64,000 bases of DNA from Syntrophales bacterium. GTDB lineage: Bacteria > Desulfobacterota > Syntrophia > Syntrophales > PHBD01. Below are positions 28,061 to 36,573 of the stretch, one piece after another. The notes below the pieces were generated by a model. The model searched no databases and was not told where the DNA came from. It saw only the letters and a list, made by a program, of their open reading frames with translations. How positions within the stretch are numbered: position 1 is the stretch's first letter; each line of letters begins with the position of its first letter. Made by a program: the position numbers and the translations under genes. The stretch is from the NCBI GenBank assembly GCA_963668175.1, contig OY764159.1:352001-416000 (forward strand). Reading direction: 5' to 3'.

Positions 28061-28978
28061 CTATGCGGTGCGGGATGCGGTTCTGATCCCGTCCGCCGAT
28101 TTTTTATCCGCCCCGGATATGATATCGATGATTTCGTCGCCGTGCTGGCCGATTTTGTCATTGGACAAGATCCCGGCATGCGCCAAATCATCCCTGCTTT
28201 GAACCTTGATTTTAGATAACGCGAACAGATTCTGATCGGACATAACCATGAAAGCTGCGCGGTTGGCGTCTCTGGCTTTGCGAAAACGCCAGCCGAACAG
28301 CTTTTTCAGAATAATTTTCTGCTCCGCACTCAAGGTCAGATAGCCTTTGATCTTTTTATGTCCTTGGGGGTCTAAATCCTTGGCCCGCCACGTGAGTGAG
28401 GCGATGTTCTCAAAATGCGCCGCCGCCATCTGCCCCAGCCCCTTCTCCTGGATGTCAGAAGCCAGCCTTTCATACAATGCCGGCAGATATGCCGTATCCA
28501 ACGCCGCATAAGCCATTTGCTCTTCCGTAAGGGGCCTGTTATCCCACTGGGACCGCTGAATGGTCTTCTTTTTTGAAAACTCAACCCCGAGGTAATCCGT
28601 AATCAACTTGGAAAGGGCCAGATAATGGTTGCCCAGGATGTAAGCGGCGCGATGCGTATCGAAGATATTGCGGAATTCAAATCCGTAATCGCGTTTGAGG
28701 AGACGTATATCGTTGTCACCGGCATGCAGAACCTTAAGGACATCCGGATCGGCAAAGGGTTCTCCCAGAAATGAGATGTCCAGGCCGTTGAGAGGATCGA
28801 GCAAGTAGGTCATCCTCTCCGTTTTCAACTGGATAAGACACAGTTTATCGTTGAAATATCTGAACGAATCATACTCCGTATCCAGGCAAATGATACGGGA
28901 TGACGCAACATCACTTTTGATTTCAGTGAGTTTGCGTATTGTATCGATCCATATCCAACGACGCTTCATGTTAGACAT
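28061..28978 (-). CDS. rnd: Ribonuclease D (3'-5' exonuclease plus HRDC)
   Basis: LDTE, LCLIQ, KVLHAGDND, FDT, WDNRPL and YAALD; HRDC segment WR..AR..NRAAFMV. Confidence 0.85.
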   Translation of the reverse strand: MSNMKRRWIWIDTIRKLTEIKSDVASSRIICLDTEYDSFRYFNDKLCLIQLKTERMTYLLDPLNGLDISFLGEPFADPDVLKVLHAGDNDIRLLKRDYGFEFRNIFDTHRAAYILGNHYLALSKLITDYLGVEFSKKKTIQRSQWDNRPLTEEQMAYAALDTAYLPALYERLASDIQEKGLGQMAAAHFENIASLTWRAKDLDPQGHKKIKGYLTLSAEQKIILKKLFGWRFRKARDANRAAFMVMSDQNLFALSKIKVQSRDDLAHAGILSNDKIGQHGDEIIDIISGADKKSADGIRTASRTA

Positions 28979-29299
28979 CCGAATTTACATATTTTAAGGA
29001 GCTTGCCGCATAAGTCGCTTAATTATATTAAGCAATTAAAACAAGCGTGCCGCAAAATCCCGCCCCATTCGGGGACACCAGGCCTAACCGGCGGTGCATG
29101 CTTATCAGATTTTTGCGAAAAGGTCTAACTTAAAAAAACATTATTCGTCCATTCATTGGCATTATTTTCGACGGCATGTTATTGACGGTCTTCATCTTAA
29201 CGTTACGTGCGATCAGCAAAACGGGTCGGAATCCATCATTGATCTTAGTCATGCGCATCGCCTGGAAGAAAGTTTTCGGCGTGATTTGGAGGTAAGTAA

Positions 29300-30919
29300 T
29301 TGAGGTTGATGAATTCCCGGGCTTACACGGAATACCCTTTGAAATTTATATGGATTTTATCGATTATGGTCGCCATCGGCTCTGTTGCATCCGTCTATGC
29401 CGGCAACTCTCAGAATGACATGGCCAGGGCGGAAAGCCTGCTGGAAGATGGGCAGTATCTCGAAGCGGTTGCGGTTTATCAGGCCGTTGCCGAGGGAACC
29501 GCGGAAACCGAGATCAGGGCCAAGGCGATCTTGCGTATCGGCGACACTTACGGTTTTCTTCTCAACAATTACGACCTCGCCCTGAATAAATACTGGTTGA
29601 TTAAGAGAGATTATCCAAAGACGCCTCAGGCGGAAACGGCCTATTTTAATTCGGGCATGATCTATTACGAAAAGCGCCAGTACAAAGAGGCTCTACAGCA
29701 ATTCAGCACGTACTTGAAGAATTATCCTCGGGGCGACCGCAGAGAAACAGCAGCGTTCATGGTCGAGGCGTGCAAGAAATCCGCAACGCCCTCCGGATCG
29801 ACGGAGGCCCGCCGGGCACGAACCGACGACATCCTGAAGAAGGACCAAGGCAACGCGATCAGGGTCATCATCGCTGCAAACGTTCCGGACATCCGGCTCA
29901 GGGCCGATTCCCCTTTTACTCTTTCCAGCAGCTCCGTAGGGAAGCAGGGAGCCAGCAAAGCATACCGGGAGGCCGCCATAAGGATGGCCCGAGGCGGCCT
30001 GGTCATTAACGAAACGGAAACGGAAGCGACTGAGATCACGGCCCAGCCCTCAGGCAATTCCCCTTTGATATCCGTCAACGGAAAAGCATACCGGGGCATG
30101 CTGAAGATTCAAGTCGTCAACAGGAACAGCCTTAACGTCATCAATATATTGGACATCGAAAGTTACCTTTACGGCGTCATACCCAAGGAAATGTCGCCGC
30201 AATCGCCGCTGGAAGCCCTAAAGGCCCAATCCGTGGCCGCCAGGTCCTTTGCCTTATACCAGAAGGCAAAAAGCAGGAACAAGGCTTACGACGTCTCCGC
30301 ATCTACGGGATCGCAGGTTTACGGAGGATTTTCCGTGGAATCGGCCGCGGCCAATCGTGCCGTCGACGAAACGAAAGGCGTGGTCATGATGTATAAGGGG
30401 CAACCTGCGCTGGCCTATTTTCATGCCAACAGCGGAGGCATAACCGAAGATGCCGGGAACGTATGGACCGCCGAGATTCCATACCTGAAATCAATTGCGG
30501 ACGAACCGAGTACGAGGGCCGCGAATATTGCGTGGTCGGCCTCTCTGAGTTTGGATACATTAAAGAAAGCTCTTTACAATAACGGCGTCAGAATATCGGT
30601 TATAACGAAAATCCGCGTCCTGCAGAATAGCCCCTCGGGACGAGTGACGAAGATCGCGATATCCTCTCCGGAAGGTGAAGTCGTCATGGACGGCAACGAC
30701 TTCCGCCTGAAAATCGACCCGGCTGTCATCAAGAGCACGCTTTTCACTATATCTTCAGGCGAAGCTGATGAGAACGCGATGATTCGTTTCGAAGGAAGGG
30801 GTTTCGGGCACGGCGTCGGTATGAGCCAGGGAGGGGCGCTCGTCATGGCCCGCGACGGATCCACTTACCGGGACATTCTTGCCCATTACTATCGGGGCGT
30901 TGAAATCATGGGGCCGTGA
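29300..30919 (+). CDS. SpoIID/LytB-family peptidoglycan lytic enzyme with N-terminal TPR (start uncertain)
   Basis: Signal peptide and TPRs; ESYLYGVIPKEM, EALKAQSVAARS, SQVYGG and GFGHGVGMSQ. Confidence 0.85.
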   Translation: MRLMNSRAYTEYPLKFIWILSIMVAIGSVASVYAGNSQNDMARAESLLEDGQYLEAVAVYQAVAEGTAETEIRAKAILRIGDTYGFLLNNYDLALNKYWLIKRDYPKTPQAETAYFNSGMIYYEKRQYKEALQQFSTYLKNYPRGDRRETAAFMVEACKKSATPSGSTEARRARTDDILKKDQGNAIRVIIAANVPDIRLRADSPFTLSSSSVGKQGASKAYREAAIRMARGGLVINETETEATEITAQPSGNSPLISVNGKAYRGMLKIQVVNRNSLNVINILDIESYLYGVIPKEMSPQSPLEALKAQSVAARSFALYQKAKSRNKAYDVSASTGSQVYGGFSVESAAANRAVDETKGVVMMYKGQPALAYFHANSGGITEDAGNVWTAEIPYLKSIADEPSTRAANIAWSASLSLDTLKKALYNNGVRISVITKIRVLQNSPSGRVTKIAISSPEGEVVMDGNDFRLKIDPAVIKSTLFTISSGEADENAMIRFEGRGFGHGVGMSQGGALVMARDGSTYRDILAHYYRGVEIMGP

Positions 30920-31020
30920 AGAGCAGGCCTTTTTTACTTCCGCATGATCAATCCCCCGTAGATATTTCATAACCTGATTTTGTCCCGATGGCATCCCCTT
31001 GACCAGTCGTATCGGACGGA

Positions 31021-31056
31021 AAAGAAAAAGCCGGAGTTTTCGAACTCCGGCTTTTC
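31021..31056. terminator. Bidirectional intrinsic terminator
   Basis: AAAAGCCGGAGTT-TTCG-AACTCCGGCTTTT between convergent genes. Confidence 0.8.
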
Positions 31057-31079
31057 ATTATACAGACCCCGAGAGACGA

Positions 31080-32393
31080 TTATTTGTCATCTTCCTCGTC
31101 ATCGTAGTGCTTGATGGCTTCCTGGGACTCCAGCGGGATCTCGGCTTCGATCGATCTCGTGATGCCCCTCGCCAGAAGCGCCATGATGAAGAATAGCAGA
31201 ACAACGGATATGATGATGATGAGTGTAATCGTTGTGATCCAGGATTTGGACTCTTCCTGGATTTTCTTCGCCGTGGCAGCAGCCAGTTCGTTCGTCTTAT
31301 CGACGTCTATCCCCATCCCGATCCATCCAAACCCGGCCGGTTTCGGCAGATTCGCCGCGTAAAATTTGATGGGTGCATAGGCCACAAACTTCGTGTGTCC
31401 GGCAAATTTATAGGTTTTCATTCCATCCTTGCCGGCAGCGGCATCTTTAGCAATACCCGGCAGATTCGGATCCATAAATCCAAGCAGATTCAGATTTAAG
31501 ACTTCCTCCCCCTTCTTGATTTCGGCATCCTTGTTCTGCTCGGTGAGAGGCGGAACGGCCGATCCGTCGGGATAAAGACCGGCGATGTGGTAATCGGCAG
31601 GATGGGAAATGATGAAGCCCCTGCTGTCAACCATATACGCGTAATTACCCGTCGAGGGATCCGCTTCAAAGACCGGGGTGGACTGCGTCGGGACGATGTG
31701 GTCCGTTATACCCTCCAGGTGCCTCACATCAACGGCAAGGCAAAGAACCCCTGCGAAACCTTCTTTCCCGAAAACCGGTGCGGCGAAACGAATAACACCG
31801 GTGAAACGCTTACCTTTATCGAACTCGGCCTTGTTAACGTACCAACCGGCTATGTTGGATACGTAAATCTCGCCCCTGTTCAAACTTTTCGCTTTATTAA
31901 AATAGTCTTCATTCTTAAAGGTCGTATTAGCGGGGACTCCGACATTAGCCAGCTTCGCCTTGGGCGCTATCTCGCCATTGGCGATCTTGATAACTTCGTT
32001 ACCTTTGGGGTCGATGAGGGACATCTCGGTATAAATGAGCGTCGGCACCTGCTGAATATTGGCACCATCCTTCACCCAAAGCGCTTTCCTGTTTTCGTTG
32101 ACGAATTGCTTGAACGCCGATTCGGTTGCAGGAATAATTGTCGCAATCAACAAATCTTTCTTCCGCTCGTTAAGAAAGCTTGCTACCTCATCTGCCGTGT
32201 TAATGGCTCTTATTTTTATTTCTTCCTGGGATTTTTGATCCATGACGGCAACAGCGCGCTGCCTTGCCGTATCCCCTAATTTGTACATTCCGTTGGCAAT
32301 CAAAATAGCCATCAGTGATAAGGGGATGACGATAAGCAGGAAGAAGACTCTCGCCACAGTGAACAGCTGCTTATCTTTTTTTGTTTCTGACAT
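31080..32393 (-). CDS. Two-TM membrane protein with a large extracytoplasmic Cache-like domain and no cytoplasmic signalling domain
   Basis: TM1, then EDYF...GEIYVS, IRFAAPV, YAYMVDSRGFIISHP and KFVAYAPI, then TM2 and a ~30 aa acidic tail. Confidence 0.75.
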   Translation of the reverse strand: MSETKKDKQLFTVARVFFLLIVIPLSLMAILIANGMYKLGDTARQRAVAVMDQKSQEEIKIRAINTADEVASFLNERKKDLLIATIIPATESAFKQFVNENRKALWVKDGANIQQVPTLIYTEMSLIDPKGNEVIKIANGEIAPKAKLANVGVPANTTFKNEDYFNKAKSLNRGEIYVSNIAGWYVNKAEFDKGKRFTGVIRFAAPVFGKEGFAGVLCLAVDVRHLEGITDHIVPTQSTPVFEADPSTGNYAYMVDSRGFIISHPADYHIAGLYPDGSAVPPLTEQNKDAEIKKGEEVLNLNLLGFMDPNLPGIAKDAAAGKDGMKTYKFAGHTKFVAYAPIKFYAANLPKPAGFGWIGMGIDVDKTNELAAATAKKIQEESKSWITTITLIIIISVVLLFFIMALLARGITRSIEAEIPLESQEAIKHYDDEEDDK

Positions 32394-32445
32394 TCGTTTT
32401 TCCCCCTAACTGTTCTGTTAATTTTGACGTTAATGTGATTTCGGA

Positions 32446-32823
32446 TTAACCCAAAAATAACGACTTATAGGGGTTCGCATAGAGCAGAACGAGTGAAACA
32501 ACCAGGGCATAAATACAAACCGACTCCGCCATGGCCATACCAACGAGCATCGTCGTCATGATCTTACCCTGAACCCCAGGATTTCGTCCGACTGCCTGGC
32601 ACGCACCGTTCGCGGCATTACCGATACCGGCGCCCGCTCCGATGGCCCCGAGCCCGATGGCAAATCCAGCGGCCAGCATGGCTCCGACGGTGAACAGCAC
32701 TTTTACGTAAGACTCCCCTGTTGGAAGGTTCTCCCCCGCAGCGTAGGCCAGCGGAGAGGTGATGAGAACAGCCGCCATTGTTGCCATGATTGACAATACA
32801 CCTTTTCCAAATCTCCTTAACAT
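32446..32823 (-). CDS. atpE: F0 ATP synthase subunit c with a signal-like N-terminal extension, outside any atp operon
   Basis: GLGAIGAGAGIG glycine motif, RNP loop, conserved carboxylate in MAESVCIYAL, ANP ending. Confidence 0.92.
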   Translation of the reverse strand: MLRRFGKGVLSIMATMAAVLITSPLAYAAGENLPTGESYVKVLFTVGAMLAAGFAIGLGAIGAGAGIGNAANGACQAVGRNPGVQGKIMTTMLVGMAMAESVCIYALVVSLVLLYANPYKSLFLG

Positions 32824-32936
32824 CTTCCTTCTCCTTTCCTTTATGTACTTAATAAAAAAGATTTTTTATATTTTACCCGACCCTAGCACAGAAAGCAAAC
32901 CAGGGAAAGGCAAATATTCAAAACGTTGAATGGAAG

Positions 32937-32952
32937 AGCAATTGTTGTGCCA
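32937..32952 (-). promoter_or_regulatory. Sigma54 (-24/-12) promoter upstream of atpE
   Basis: Minus strand TGGCAC-AACAA-TTGCT is an exact consensus match, ~115 nt before the atpE ATG. Confidence 0.8.
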
Positions 32953-32989
32953 CCGGTACGCTCAACGCCAGATATTCCCTATCCATTTA

Positions 32990-33002
32990 TAATGATTTGA
33001 TT
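32990..33002 (-). promoter_or_regulatory. IHF-binding consensus site
   Basis: Minus strand AATCAA-ATCA-TTA fits WATCAANNNNTTR, in an AT-rich stretch ~40 bp upstream of the sigma54 element. Confidence 0.6.
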
Positions 33003-33286
33003 ATTATAATACGAACCCTCCCGAATGGACGTGCATTCGGAACGGTCATTTAAACGTTTCGATAAATCGATTCGAGCAATTGAACAAAAAGTAAAAAAGT
33101 GTGGATTAAGTAAAATGCCGGTTTGCGATGAACGGCCCGGGGATGATATGATTTCCTTTATTTTTTTAACATTTATGTTGATAATTTCACGTGACGTGGG
33201 TAGTATTTTTAAACTGCCGGATGTTGTTCCGCTCTGGCGGTAAGGTATCCTTTCCCAAATAGAATCCACCAGAAAGAGGTTATCGA

Positions 33287-33457
33287 ATGCAGGAAATATT
33301 GACGGCCGTAACCTATCTTATTACCTGGTTCTTCTGCGAACGCGTTCTCGGCATTGAAAGTGGTTTGGTTAACCTTATCGTTTCGCTTGGCGTTGCCGTG
33401 GCTGTTTATGTCATCATCGCCGTCAGGGCAAGTCGCAAGAAATCCGGTTCAGATTAA
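33287..33457 (+). CDS. 56 aa two-helix membrane protein (below the ORF-track cutoff)
   Basis: GAGGT RBS; MQEILTAVTYLITWFFCERVLGIESGLVNLIVSLGVAVAVYVIIAVRASRKKSGSD with a basic C-terminal tail; ends 26 nt before the kinase gene. Confidence 0.65.
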   Translation: MQEILTAVTYLITWFFCERVLGIESGLVNLIVSLGVAVAVYVIIAVRASRKKSGSD

Positions 33458-33483
33458 AGTGAACCGCTGACAGACCTCGCTTC

Positions 33484-36400
33484 ATGGAAGATTCTTCGCA
33501 CAACAAAAGAAAAGGCTTTTTCCCGATCAGTGCCTCCTTGTCCATCTGGCTGACAACGATCACCATCATTGTCCTTATTTTGCTGTTGGCCATTACGATC
33601 AACCGGTCCCGGGAGAAGGAACTGGTTGCGGATTTCTGCCAGCAGCAGACCTCCCTGGCCAAAGGGGCGGCGGCCGGGATCGAAGACTTGGTGATCGGCG
33701 TTGAAAAGAGCATGATCCTGCTTTCCCGATTGACGATCACCCGCGGCGATCTCTACAGGGAGAAGTCAATGACCAGTATGAGGGCGATTTACGACGATCT
33801 GGAAGGCAAAGTCTCGTTCATTGCAGAAACGGATAAGAACGGTATCGTCCTGACGGGGTACCCGGAGGCCATCCTTGAGGAAATCAAGGGACAGGATTTC
33901 AGCCGGTATCCCTTTTTCCAGGATATACGACGGACCCGCTCCCCCGATATCGGCCCCTCTCCCGCCATTGTCCATCTCAAAGACAAGGTCCCGGCCGCGG
34001 GACTTAAGTCCATTATTGTCGGCGCACCGCAACTATCTGCCGGACGAGAGTTTGCCGGGACTATTTTCACAACCCTGTCCCTGAATACGACTATCGACCG
34101 ATACGTCAAACCGATTAAGGACAATCCGACAAACGAATATTGGGTTATCGACGATACCGGCATTCTCGTCGAGCATCCGAATGCGGCTCTCGTCGGGAAA
34201 AACATCAATGCCATAGAATTCTTTGACGAAACGGGCCGGATCAGGCTCGATGATCTTGTGAAGAACGGCAAAGAGGGCTGTTTCGAATGCAGAATGCGGA
34301 AAGGCAGGAACGCCTTCGAGAAGAATTTGTTTGCCTATGCCCCCATCCATGTGGGTCACGAAACATGGTATATTGTCGTCGTGACGCCTTATGAAAAAGT
34401 CGTCGCCATGATCAGAAGGACATTCACCCATACGATGTTCATCGCCTTCGGCCTGATCGTCGTCGTCGTGATTGCGAGTTTCACGATTATCGGTGCCGGC
34501 CGGAGGCGGACGAGAATCGACGCCGAACTGAAACGGCTCCGCGAGAGAGAATCCTGGCAGGAACAGCTGATCAGGGAAAAGCGGACGATAGAAGGCATCA
34601 TCGCGGGTTCGCCCATTCCCACCTTCGTCATCGACAAGGAACATAAAGTCATCCTGTGGAACAGGGCTTGCGCGGAATTGACGGGCGTCGGTTCTCAAGA
34701 TATCATCGGCACGGATAAACACTCCGTTCCTTTTTACGGCGCGCAAAAGAGACCGCTTATTGCGGACCTGATCATCGATCAGGACGTCGGCGGCCTGGAA
34801 AAATTTTACAGCGACAAAAGAATCAGGAAGTCGGAGAAGGTTCAGGGCGCTTACGAGGCCATGGACTATTATGAGAACCTGGGGGGCATGCAGCGCTATC
34901 TCTATTTCCTGGCCGCCCCGATACTCGACGAGAAGGGGGAGATCATTGCCGCCATCGAAACGCTCCAGGACATGTCCGGAGAGGAGGCGATGTCTCAAAG
35001 CCTGCGGGAATCTCAGGAACAGCTCCTCCGTGAGAAGAAAACCATAGAAGGAATCATCGAAGGATCGCCCATCCCCACCTTTGTCGTTAACAAGGAACAC
35101 AAGGTCATCCTCTGGAACCGTGCCTGCGCAGAACTCACGGGGCTGGAAGCTAAAGACATGATCAATACGGACAAGCAGTATATTCCTTTTTATCGGAACA
35201 AGCGATCGATCCTCGCCGATCTGATCATCGATCAGGATATCGAAGGCCTGACCAAATACTACGGAACCAAAAGAGTGAAGAAATCGGAAACCGTCGAAGG
35301 TGCTTATGAAGCCATGGATTTCTATCAGAACCTCGGTGGAAAATCCCGTTACCTGTTCTTTCTGGCGTCGCCCATCTACGATGAAAAGGGCGAAATCGTC
35401 GCGGCGATAGAGACGCTTCAGGATGTCACTCATGAAAAAGAAATGGCCAGGAATCTTCAGGAATACGCCGAGACCCTGGAAAACGAAGTCACGGAAAACG
35501 TAACACTCCGGCAGGAGATCGAATCGTTATACAACTATCTCCAGTCCATCGTCGAAAGCTCGCCCGACACCCTGTTCGATATCAGCAGCGACGGCATTAT
35601 CAATTACATCAGCCGCGATTTGAAAGGAAAGAACCGTTTCGCTTCCGATCAGATCAAGGGCAAGCATTTCACGGAAGTGATCGATCAGGAGCATCGGGAC
35701 GTGATCATTTCCATGTGGGAGAACGCCAAGAAGGGCATATACAAACCCTATGAAATCGAGGTCCGGAAGGATGACGATACCGTCATGAATCTTTTAATCA
35801 CGTGCCGGCCTGTGGCCAAGACGGATCGTTACGTCGTCGTCCAGCGGGATATCACCGAATTCAAGAACCTGGAGAAGAAATTTTACGAAAGCCAGAAATT
35901 GGCGGCGATCGGCCAGTTGTCCGCCGGTATCGCCCATGAAATCAGAAATCCCCTCTCTTCGATCAAGATGAGCCTTCAGATTCTGGACAAAAGGATGCAG
36001 CCGACGGGAAACGATCAGAAGAGGTTTCAAATCGCCCAGCGGGAAGTGGAACACCTGGAAGAACTCGTCAACGACGTGCTGATCTACGCCAAGCCGGCCG
36101 ACCCGGTCAAGGAAAAATCGAATCTGCAAAGCATATTGGAACACGCCCTGGCCATGGCGGAGAAATCCATTATCGATAAACATATTCACGTCCAGCTCGA
36201 AAGTGCTGATATGCCGCTTGTCTCGGTCGACGCCGCCATGATAGGACAGGCCTTTCTGAATTTATATCGGAATGCCGTCGATGCCATGGAAACGGGAGGA
36301 ACGCTTTCCATCTCCGCCCACCTCTCGGCGTCCAACGGATCGGTCAGTATCACCGTACGGGATAACGGGTGCGGCATCGACGAACAGGACTTGGGCCATC

Positions 36401-36561
36401 TCTTCAATCCCTTCTTCACCAAGAAGAGTTTCGGCACGGGACTGGGTTTGAGTCAGGTCAAAAAAATCATTGACCTTCATCAGGGAAGCATAGAGATTGC
36501 GAGCAAGAAAGGGACCGGCACCAGCGTAACCGTGACGCTCCCCATCGAATCAACCCCTTAA
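33484..36561 (+). CDS. Sensor histidine kinase (TM-Cache-TM, three PAS domains, HisKA, HATPase)
   Basis: H box AHEIRNPL, N box NLYRNAVDAM, DNGCG, FNPFFT and GTGLGL. Confidence 0.92.
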   Translation: MEDSSHNKRKGFFPISASLSIWLTTITIIVLILLLAITINRSREKELVADFCQQQTSLAKGAAAGIEDLVIGVEKSMILLSRLTITRGDLYREKSMTSMRAIYDDLEGKVSFIAETDKNGIVLTGYPEAILEEIKGQDFSRYPFFQDIRRTRSPDIGPSPAIVHLKDKVPAAGLKSIIVGAPQLSAGREFAGTIFTTLSLNTTIDRYVKPIKDNPTNEYWVIDDTGILVEHPNAALVGKNINAIEFFDETGRIRLDDLVKNGKEGCFECRMRKGRNAFEKNLFAYAPIHVGHETWYIVVVTPYEKVVAMIRRTFTHTMFIAFGLIVVVVIASFTIIGAGRRRTRIDAELKRLRERESWQEQLIREKRTIEGIIAGSPIPTFVIDKEHKVILWNRACAELTGVGSQDIIGTDKHSVPFYGAQKRPLIADLIIDQDVGGLEKFYSDKRIRKSEKVQGAYEAMDYYENLGGMQRYLYFLAAPILDEKGEIIAAIETLQDMSGEEAMSQSLRESQEQLLREKKTIEGIIEGSPIPTFVVNKEHKVILWNRACAELTGLEAKDMINTDKQYIPFYRNKRSILADLIIDQDIEGLTKYYGTKRVKKSETVEGAYEAMDFYQNLGGKSRYLFFLASPIYDEKGEIVAAIETLQDVTHEKEMARNLQEYAETLENEVTENVTLRQEIESLYNYLQSIVESSPDTLFDISSDGIINYISRDLKGKNRFASDQIKGKHFTEVIDQEHRDVIISMWENAKKGIYKPYEIEVRKDDDTVMNLLITCRPVAKTDRYVVVQRDITEFKNLEKKFYESQKLAAIGQLSAGIAHEIRNPLSSIKMSLQILDKRMQPTGNDQKRFQIAQREVEHLEELVNDVLIYAKPADPVKEKSNLQSILEHALAMAEKSIIDKHIHVQLESADMPLVSVDAAMIGQAFLNLYRNAVDAMETGGTLSISAHLSASNGSVSITVRDNGCGIDEQDLGHLFNPFFTKKSFGTGLGLSQVKKIIDLHQGSIEIASKKGTGTSVTVTLPIESTP

Positions 36562-36573
36562 CAAGGATATGAC

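Noticed and set aside
32895..32945. c-di-GMP-I (GEMM) riboswitch suggested by GGAAAGGCAAA
   Set aside because: Lacks the GNRA-capped P2 and downstream GACGCAAAGC, lies on the strand opposite atpE, and overlaps the better-supported sigma54 element
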